Assembly (NCBI GenBank): GCA_002269645.1
Contig: NIVC01002722.1
Span: 82,535-146,534 of the forward strand
Reading direction: 5' to 3'
Length of the DNA stretch: 64,000 nucleotides
Source of the DNA: Macrostomum lignano
Lineage: Eukaryota
Shown here piece after piece: positions 54,490 through 64,000 of this stretch (the stretch's first letter is position 1; each line of letters begins with the position of its first letter). The notes under the pieces are model-generated. The model did not search any database. It saw only the letters and a program-made list of their open reading frames with translations, and was not told the DNA's origin. A program made the translations under genes and the position numbers.

Positions 54490-56902
54490 CAAGGACAACT
54501 TAAGTAGTTACGTTATATATAGGACGCGACACTCAGCTTTCGTGGAAATTTTTTTGGAGGCCCGTAAGCCGTATAAAGTTCTACGTACATAAGCCTAGGA
54601 TTCGACCGCTACATAGAGCACAGGACTGTGTGTGTTGTAATAAACCATTCAGGTTTTCATTTCTTACTAAACTTGATAAGCTGACTTCACCTATTAATTA
54701 AAATAATTATATCACGTTCCCTTAATGGCCAATAACAATATGCATTTTTTAATTTGGATTTGTGAAATAGCTACTGGTTTTCTTGTTTTCTTTTTTGCTG
54801 ACAAACATGGTTTCTTTATATCACAATTGTCAACAAGAGACCATGTTTACAAAGCATTTTTTTATAGTTATTATAGCTCTAGGTTGCAAATACCATTGCA
54901 TCTAAAATTAAATTTTGTTTTCTGAAAAATAACATATAGAACATCATATTTGATATGAAAAAATGGTCTAGGAATCTTCCATCATGAAAGCTTGGCTTGT
55001 TTATAGTTGACTGGGTGTGTTCTCCTATTATATTCTAATATAAGTCAAGAAAATAGTGACAATTTTTCCAAAGTCACTTTTTGCCTTTTTGGGTTTCTCA
55101 AATTTTTACACTCTAGAAATTGACATTAAAATGGAAGCTTTTTTTCTATGTATTTCTATGTATTTCTATGTCATGTCTGTTAGGCCCATTGTAGTTGAAA
55201 CTGAAATATTTCTATTAGTAAAAACCTTATTTATGTTAATGACTACCCCTAGTAGTTAGAAAGTTTTAAAGCCATGTTTTTCATTAAATAGCTTGTTTAT
55301 TAACTAACACTAGGAATTAATTTGAAACTTGTAATGTGCTAAATAGTATAAACACTAATAGGCCTACAGCTATTATAAGTAAAACCTATAAGAAATCTTT
55401 GACCAATAACATTTCATTTATATAGGTTATTAAGTGATAAACAAGGTTCATAAACATATAAATGTGCAATTTAAAATACTTTTTTTACTTTATATCATTC
55501 GAGAATGTCACCAAACACATGGGAAAATGTGTAGAAAGCATTGGCCAAAGGATGCAAGGCTTACAAAAATCAAGCGATATTTTCAACCTATTGACCCACC
55601 ATCTGTCTTTATGTGCCCACCTAGCTCACTCTATGCGGCAAACATTTGCAGGTACATTTTTGCCAAAGTTCTTTAAATAATGCTTTCAATATAAGTCAGC
55701 GCTGTCACTCAATTGCATTATTTCAGTGTCATCTAGAAATGTGACTGAACGTTGTATTCTGGCGTCACATTGTCAACAAATGCCTGATGAACTACAGGAC
55801 TTTAATACAAAGGATAGAATTGGAGGCTGGGAGAACTTTGCATCCGCTGTGGTAGACAAGCCAGCCTGGATGTCAAGTTGGTTGGTCCAACGCGAGGAGG
55901 GTTGCTTCGGAAACCCGCGAGCAGCTTGTTGCGATGGTGAGCTGTCGGACGACGAACTTGCACATCTCAATGATCTAGTTTCGACTTCGAAAGACAGCGC
56001 TGAATCCTCCATACCCACTGATGAAGAACAGTTGGCACTGTACTATGTATGCGGATATGTAGCTCGCAAGGAGCAGATCCCAGTTTCAGAAGACAGTGGC
56101 CAAGCTGATTCAAATTCTCCAATTCAGTTGCCCGCTGATTGTGAGTTCACGCGTTTACTATCGAGAGGCAAGCTGCGCAAGCCTCCAGAGTGGCTCCTGG
56201 TTTTTGCCGCACTGTGCTACCGACTGTTCTCATCACTGCGACCGTGTTGCTCAACTCGATTGGCTCGGATGTTTGTGTTTGTTTTTGAATCAGCCATCAC
56301 TTAAATTTTGACTAAACCTGTGGATTTTTGGAACAGTTTTGCTGCTCAGGGCTGCTCAGTTTTAGTGTTGAAAAAAAGCCAAATCTAGGTCAGGATCCAG
56401 ATCCAGGTCCTGGTCCTTCGGGTAAATTTCTGCTTCGTCGCAGATGCTTTGTCGAGTTTGTTTTCCGTTTTGTCTCACTCTAACGCAGGCCACAAATTTA
56501 TTAACTTTTTTGATACTCGTAATAAATAAACCAATGGCATTTGACAGTGATATTTTCTATAATACATAAACTGTTTTATTTTACACTTGCTTAATGAGAT
56601 TATTAGTTTACAAACTAAAAACTCGTTTTCGCTATTGAGTATTGACTAGGAATTGTGACAGACTGACAAATTTCTAAAGAAAATTTGGCGTATTTTACAC
56701 AAAATTGCACGAAATTGGGTTGTTTTCACTGTACTTAACTGTACGCTGCTTATAAATGTAGTCTACTATTTTATCACTGACATTTTAACGAAAAAAAAAT
56801 TTCTGGACCTAACACCGAAAGAATCAGCTTTCTACGTGCAACTAGTCGAAAATTACATGTATGTTAAGACCAGGCCTCCAATAAAAATTACACGATACGC
56901 GA
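54490..56902 (+). mobile_element. Decayed P-element-superfamily (THAP9-like) DNA transposon
   Basis: ORF 55726-56304 has LALYYVCGYVARK and LSRGKLRKP, resembling the P transposase C-terminus. Ends carry imperfect inverted motifs ACACTC.C.T.TCGTG.AA.TTTT.TTGGAGGCC. Both end regions recur inverted at 60395-61432. Confidence 0.65.
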
Positions 56903-56936
56903 GTAGGACGCAACACTCGCGTATCGTGTAATTTTC

Positions 56937-59900
56937 GATCCGGCCAAGTCACGATCAAGCACACACATCACCCCCACTTGCACTGTCAACTGACCAAATA
57001 TATTGAGTAGACAAGGCAAAACAGTGGCCACCATTTTCCGCGCGCAAGCGTAGACTTTACATAAATAGTCATAAATATTTGTTACTACATCGACTATTCC
57101 TTTTTTCTATAATAGCTAAAACAAAGTCGAACTCACGCAAAGGTTTTCCGTAAGCCTCGAACTCGCAGATCGTCAGCTGAGGCAGGTAACTTTTCACCAT
57201 GATCTCATGTCCGTATCCGTCGCATTTCAGAGTCTTATAGGCGAATTGTGTCGAATCTTTGTACCGATTGCACACATTCTTATCGTCGATGATCACTTCG
57301 AAGTCTGTCAGTCTCTCCCTCAGCATGTCGCGGTTGTAGATTTTGACGTACATGAAGAGCATGGGATTATCAGTCTTCGCCTTCCACCAGGTGTTTTGTT
57401 TGCCCGTGTGAGCGCAGTTTAATAGATACCCTATATCTGAATCCAGTTTGCCATCATAAGCCTTGTTGCACATGTAATTTGTGTCATCCTGGTTCGAGCC
57501 CTGGCTGCAGCTGACGAATTTGAATTTTGCTGCATTGAATGGAGAGTGGCAGTTGAAATTTCAGATGTACACCGAAACACAAATATATTTACGGTATGAA
57601 TAGCTGTTCGACGGACCAATCAGAAACTTTGTATGGGTGTGTATGTCTACTCGTATATGCTAAAATAGCACGTTTACTGCGAATGGATAGTCACTGCTGC
57701 TAGTAAACACTATTAACAAGTTGAGCGGTTTTTTGGCAGTTAATCTCTAGTAAAACTGCATTTTTCAGGGGGGTCTTTCTCGAAAGCAACTTACAATCGA
57801 CCATAGACGTAAGTTGGGTAAGCTACACTTACGGGTTGCTCGAAGGGCTCGCAAGTTAGCTATGCGTAAGATTGATCGCAACTTTACGAGTTCGTAACTT
57901 TGCGCAAAAGACTGTTTCTCGAAGCGTTCGTATGTCTATGGTCTTTCGTAAGGTTGATCTTGATTCTTAACCCTACGACAGCTCGGTATCAGTCGTAAGA
58001 CGCACTTAAGCACTAATCGCATAGTACGTGGTGAAGCTTTAGTCAAGCCAAGTCAAGTTAAACTTTATCGAAGGTGAGTCTTTCTCGAAAGCAACTTACG
58101 ATAGACTAAAGTAAAGATATTTGCAGATTTATGACCATAGACATGCAACTTTTCGTTTCAGATACGACTTACGAACAGCGTAAGCCACGCAAAGTCTAAG
58201 TGAGTTTTGAGAAAGCGTCTTACGAGCAAACTTACGCTACACGTAAATTTCTTTCTTACGATCTAACTTACCATAGAACTTACGTGAGTTTCGAGAAACA
58301 CCCCCCAGACCGAAATTTTTATGAAATGCTACCTAAGACTGGCAAGCAAGCAAAGTTCTTACGAAATTTCTGCCGCTCTAGTCTCCCTGGCTTATTTTTT
58401 CTGGAATGATTTTTGTGGAATTTTCTGGTCATTGTTAAAACCCTAATTTATCGCTATGCAGAAATGCATTATACAGAAATCCATTTAAAAGAAACGACTG
58501 TCTTTGTCGGGGTCGGTGCTGGTTTGAGGTGGTAGGCCTCACCCACCCACTGTGTTCTAAGGGCTACCTTGTGAACCGCTGGTGCCTATTTCGCTGCGGT
58601 TGATTAAATTCTTAATAATATATAATTTATAAAATAATAATATAATGTAACGATATATACAGATTTTTTTCGGCAGCTAATTGCTGCCGTTAAAGAATCT
58701 GTCTATGTCGTTATTGTGCTTTTTTGAATGAAACTGATTATTAACGATAGATTTTATACCTTTCGGTAGTATATTCAGCGATGCAGGATGTTATTACAAC
58801 TCTGGGACACATGTATTGTTATGTCTTCAGGTTACTTAAAGTCTTCAATATACTTAAGGCATTAATTATTAGTGCTGATATCCTAGCAGACGTTTCCGCG
58901 GCTCCAAGGTTCTTAGTCTTGCTCTTATTTCTCTTTATTCCACATTCTCACAGCGGGATTTTAACCCAAGCCTGTTTTGCAGCTTCATTTAGTCCATAGA
59001 TAAAACAAAACGCGTCAAACTGCATATGCAATTAAAATAATATCAATATTATAGTCGCGTCATATCATCCCTCTTTCCTTCAAGATGATTGGTACCTGTC
59101 CAATGCTCTCCGGATCCGCACTGGGTACCTGGACTCCGAAGGTTGAATTGAACTTGGTTCTTCATCGTCCTGGATAGGCTTGTGGGTTTCAGCCTCGGCT
59201 CTGTCTCTGACATGGTTCCGGTGCACCACCAGATCTCGTCCTCTATGGTCCTGTACTCGTCTCAGCTGTTCTCCAACCGCTTCTTGAAGTACTCCCTCCC
59301 TCCACTCCTTGTTGAAGGGATCTTGGACCCAAACAGGACTGTGAATTTGATCTGTTTTCTTGTGCTGGAACGACCGACGATGTAGCAGTGACAGTCTAGT
59401 ATTAAACTGGCGCCCAAACATTTCTCGACACGGAGCGACACCGTTGGCTCTTGGGCAGACTCGAATGGCGTACAAAGTTTGTTGCATTCGAACTTCCGGG
59501 TCTGGATCGTTTAGCTGTTTTAGCTTGGTCTTCAGCCTTTTCACTGCTACCTCGACTACTCCATTCGAAGCGGGAAGGTATCTGGGTGACTTGAGGTGTA
59601 GCACTCCCATTCGCTTCAACCAGGCTTCTGTTGAAGCTTGGAAACAGAAGCATTCAGTGTGATGTCATTCTCTTGCAGCCTTTCTTACAGAGGGGGGTTG
59701 TGAGGGTTTGACTCTGACTATATATGAAAGTGTGTTTGGCAATCAGATCTCACTTCTGTTTTTCCGTCCCCGGTTTTGATTTTTGTCCCGGCTTTCCGGC
59801 CGCTTGCCATTGTTTTGGTTCGCGCTTTGAGGCGCTTGAGTTCATCACCCCCGGTCCATATTTTTGTCCCCTGCCCGACGCTTCAGTCTTGTAGCGTAAC

Positions 59901-60395
59901 GTATACGGCAGATTCCTGTCTGAAGTCGTCGCTATCAAGCGCGGTTAGATAGAGACTGTCGGATTTGACCAAGTACGTGGCCTCGACCCAGAGGGCCTCG
60001 ATCAGTGTCACACTGAAGGGCAGTGCTGATAGAATTTAGTCAGTGCTCCGTTGAACGGTCAATTCGGCAGGGCTCTCGTTTGAGTGTAGGTTCTGGTTTA
60101 GGCCAGGGGTTAGGAGTCTTCTCCGTTGGTCGTGTTCGGTTTTTCTTCTTCAAGCTGAGATCTGCTTGCCATTGCGTAACTAAGTTATTATTAATCGTTT
60201 GTCTCGATATCATTTTCCGCTATTATCAGTTCGAAATTATCTGCGCCGCGAATTGCATTGAAGCTTGTAACTTGAAGTAATCAAATTAAATCGTCTAGCC
60301 AATTATCAGTCTGTATCATATAGGATTATCACTCTCTAAATCTATTCGGTTCGTGTTCATCTGCATTCTTCATTTTCTTGTACCGTACTGTGACT
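56937..60395. repeat. Segmental duplication, copy B
   Basis: Copy of 50595-54074, including the lectin exon, the MITE and the Gypsy fragment. Confidence 0.95.
57137..57529 (-). CDS. F-type lectin-like domain exon 13 (same protein sequence as exon 12)
   Basis: Same splice sites and translation as 50815-51207. Confidence 0.8.
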
Positions 60396-61432
60396 ACACT
60401 CGCGTATCGTGTAATTTTTATTGGAGGCCTGGTCTTAACATACATGTAATTCTCGACTAGTTGCACGTAGAAAGCTAATTCTTTCGGCGTTAGGTCCAGA
60501 ATTTAGTTTTTCGTTAAAATGGTAGTGATAAAATAGTAGACTACATTTATAAGCAGCGTACAGTTAAGTACAGTGAAAACAACCCAATTTCGTGCAATTT
60601 TGTGTAAAATACGCCAAATTTTCTTTAGAAATTTGTCAGTCTGTCACAATTCCTAGTCAATACTCAATAGCGAAAACGAGTTTTTAGTTTGTAAACTAAT
60701 AATCTCATTAAGCAAGTGTAAAATAAAACAGTTTATGTATTAAAGAAAATATCACTGTCAAATGCCAAATCACTGTCGGCTTTTATTTTAATGTCAATTT
60801 CTAGAGTGTAAAAATTTGAGAAACCCAAAAAGGCAAAAAGTGACTTTGGAAAAATTGTCACTATTTTCTTGACTTATATTAGAATATAATAGGAGAACAC
60901 ACCCAGTCAACTATAAACAAGCCAAGCTTTCATGATGGAAGTTTCCTAGACCATTTTTTCATATCAAATATGATGTTCTATATGTTATTTATTCAGAAAT
61001 TAAAATTTAATTTTAGATGCAATGGTATTTGCAACCTAGAGCTATAATAACTATAAAAAAATTGCTTTGTAAACATGGTCTCTTGTTGACAATTGTGATA
61101 TAAAGAAACCATGTTTGTCAGCAAAAAAGAAAACAAGAAAACCAGTAGCTATTTCACAAATCCAAATTAAAAAATGCATATTGTTATTGGCCATTAAGGG
61201 AACGTGATATAATTATTTTAATTAATAGGTGAAGTCAGCTTATCAAGTTTAGTAAGAAATGAAAACCTGAATGGTTTATTACAACACACACAGTCCTGTG
61301 CTCTAGCTATTTGTAGCGGTCGAATCCTTGGCTTATGTACGTAGAACTTTATACGGCTTACGGGCCTCCAAAAAATTTCCACGAAAGCTGAGTGTCGCGT
61401 CCTATATATAACGTAACTTCAGTTGTCCTTGT
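60395..61432 (-). mobile_element. Internally deleted derivative of the P-like element, inverted
   Basis: 60395-60765 is the reverse complement of about 56530-56900; 60780-61432 is the reverse complement of about 54490-55140; the transposase core is missing. Confidence 0.8.
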
Positions 61433-61749
61433 TGTAACAGAGAAAAAAACTACTGCTTAGTAGTTTTTGTTGTTTTGTGTCGTTGTCATGTTTTGATTTT
61501 TTCTATAGCCAAATTCCTTTGTTAATTTTCCAGCAACAATCTAAAACAGCCAGCAAACAATTGAAATGTTTCCGACAGGCTTACAGCCGAAAATCGTAGA
61601 CAAAATGGTACAATTATTCTTATTATTGCTGAACACCGCTAACTCAGACAAATGTAGCTCTGACGGATGTGCTTCGCACCGTAAATGCGCTACGTGAGAA
61701 ACTACTAGTACTTGAATTTCAGCGCAAGTGAACAAAGCAGAACTTCTTT

Positions 61750-63360
61750 AGCGTCTGATAGCGTATTTTAAAAGAGTCGCTCCTGGTATTGGACTCGATT
61801 TGTAGCTTGTCAGCCATGTCTCAGCTTCCCGAGGTAGCAAGTCGACAGGATATTGACAGAAAACTGGCAAATCACTCTGATTGCAGAAATAAAAGCTGGA
61901 GACGACAGAATCAGAAGCTACCATCAAAAAGGAAAGAACACCCAACTGATCCTCAGCCTTTGTGGCGACATCAGGTAGCAGGCAAACCTGTGCTCAGATA
62001 ATGCGGATGCTGTGCTGCAAGAGCCCACTGTAGAGGTCGGCAAAGTGCAACGAATCTGCGGATTGCATCAAATAGCCGAAGCAGCAATTCGCAGGAGTTA
62101 CCCAGTCAGGTGACATTAAGCAGAGTTGAAAATGAATGAGGTTGCTGTTGATTCGCTAGCGTGTGGAGACTGGATCTATGCGAATGTTATGTTTCTTCTG
62201 AAGTTGCTAGATGACGGAAGTCTAATAAGGAGTGGTCCAGATGTCCTGTTAGATGTCTCGGAGCTGCCTTACCACCTGCGCTACACAGTGCGGTGCGCAT
62301 TGGCGAGCTGTTTGACCTCCGGTTCGACAGAGCTCGTGTCAAGAGGTTTGATCATGAGCGCAGATCTGATCGAAGACGGGTTGCCACGTACCTGATGGCG
62401 CAGATGCAACGGCCTGTCTCCAAAGTGCTGACGCAGAGGGATAAAAGTGCAGAGGCTAGCCGGTCACTGCTTTGACTAAAGTGCGGAATCTGTTTTAAAT
62501 TCCCCATTCTTATTGAAAAAATTGCGGCTGTATTTAAGCATACCGGTAGATGCTTTGGAGCTCGATGACTTCACGCCTGCGAGAAAGAAGTTCATTCTGG
62601 ATGACTTTGCTGAAGGTTTTCGCATAACGTTCAGTCAGCTTTGCTGAGGGCAGTTGCGGTCAGCAGCTACCAGCCGTCTTAAATGAACTATGACGTGGTT
62701 GAGTTGCATATTTTAAAAGAAATTTAACTGGATTGCGGCCGGACGCGCGGAAGGACGGAGTGACGGAGTGACGGACGGGTGGTGGTCGCGGATGATCTGC
62801 GCTCGTGGAGACTTGGACAGTCGTGTGCACCGATCCATGACTGTAGTTGCATTTAATCGATTGCGCATGGGTGAATTCAAGATTGGAGAGCAAGGAGAAT
62901 CTGCGGTTCTCGTGTGTCGAAAAATTTGCGCGGAAGCTGACAAAAGGCTGCTTCGAGACCAAAGGTTGACCTGAGCTAAGCATACGGCTCTTGTGGCGTG
63001 CATCCTGATTACTTTGTCAACACTGGCTTAAGTTCAAGTTTTGTGGTTCATTTAACGTGATAATTAAATTCCCTATGGTGCGGCGGCTTCAGTCACTTGC
63101 TTTTATAATGCTGACTCATCTAATTTTGGCACGGATGTCATCTCTAGGCATTGAGTTCGACATTGTGCAAGGAATCAAAGAGCTGCCCGGGGACAAAGCG
63201 AGGAAGCTAATTCAGCTGATTTTGGAGAAGGCGGTCAAGGTCAGCTTGAGTCAGTGGGTGCTCAAGCAGCTCATTGGTAAGCTTGAATGGGCGTTGCAAG
63301 TCATCACCTGCGGCAAAACCTTGCCTCATGAAGTAATTGAGCGATGCAACACCTAACACA
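61750..63360 (+). pseudogene. Degenerate DIRS/Ngaro-type retroelement RT region
   Basis: FILDDFAEGFRI (about 62590) and LGIEFD...LPGDKARKL...LIGKLEWALQVI (63140-63310) resemble tyrosine-recombinase retroelement RT motifs; frames are broken and the left boundary is uncertain. Confidence 0.5.
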
Positions 63361-64000
63361 ATGGAATCTCAACAAGCTCCCCGTGAGCTTTGAAATCTCA
63401 GTAGCTCTCACCGTGAGTCATAACATTTCCGCGTCAGAATGAAATGTTTGTGACGGATTGTACTCGTATGCTAGCTGGTTCTACATTGAAATTTAGCGCA
63501 ATTAGCGCCGCTAGTTTTGAAATGCGCTAAATAATTAATATATTTACTATAAACTTCTGTTTCACACGGATTTATGTGTTTTTGCACATTTTTGACTCAC
63601 AAGTTTTAAATAAATAAGCTAATAATGCTATTGCTAATAATTTGTTTTTATTAGCAATCCATTGTCACAGACATCAGTGTCAAACTGAGACTTGACAAGG
63701 CAAGTGCAAGTTGATAAATGAAATTAAAGTAATTAACAACTTTTTGGCAATGAACTAGAAGTAGTAAAAACTCTAAAAGTCAGTGACAAAAAACAAGATA
63801 ATTGCCGATTACGAAAAGCGAAAAATGATATTAAAATTTCCTTTCGTGTTTCTAAGAAAATCAGAAACATTTACGTAATCGTTAACTATTACTCAACTAG
63901 GTTCTCATTTTCAGCCTTTGAACACAACTTTGTTATTTACCATATTTATATTTACTATTTGCATGACTTCACCTCTTTAACAAAAAGTGAAACAAAGACG

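Overview
Eukaryotic (metazoan) genomic DNA with AT-rich introns, GT-AG splicing and dense repeats. The style resembles a free-living flatworm such as Macrostomum, but that is an inference only. Four spliced genes can be built by hand. (1) B3GNTL1/QTGAL, minus strand, runs off the left edge. (2) Flotillin-2, divergent from it, 5 exons, with minisatellite-filled introns. (3) A 4-exon gene of about 1083 aa joining 7-8 ankyrin repeats to a cGAS-like/Mab-21 nucleotidyltransferase and a C-terminal segment with 3 hydrophobic helices. (4) Tail-to-tail with gene 3, an array of 13 minus-strand exons over 34 kb, each encoding one F-type-lectin (fucolectin/FTP-like) domain. Twelve are symmetric phase 1-1 cassettes and one is a terminal exon with a stop. 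The predicted sugar-binding residues vary between cassettes, and the newest cassette lies in a nearly identical 3.5-kb duplication bracketed by P-element-like ends. The introns hold Tc1/mariner, P-like, hAT-like, Harbinger-like and foldback MITEs, Helitron-like units, SINEs, and Gypsy, LINE and DIRS remnants. All calls are by eye; no database searches were run.
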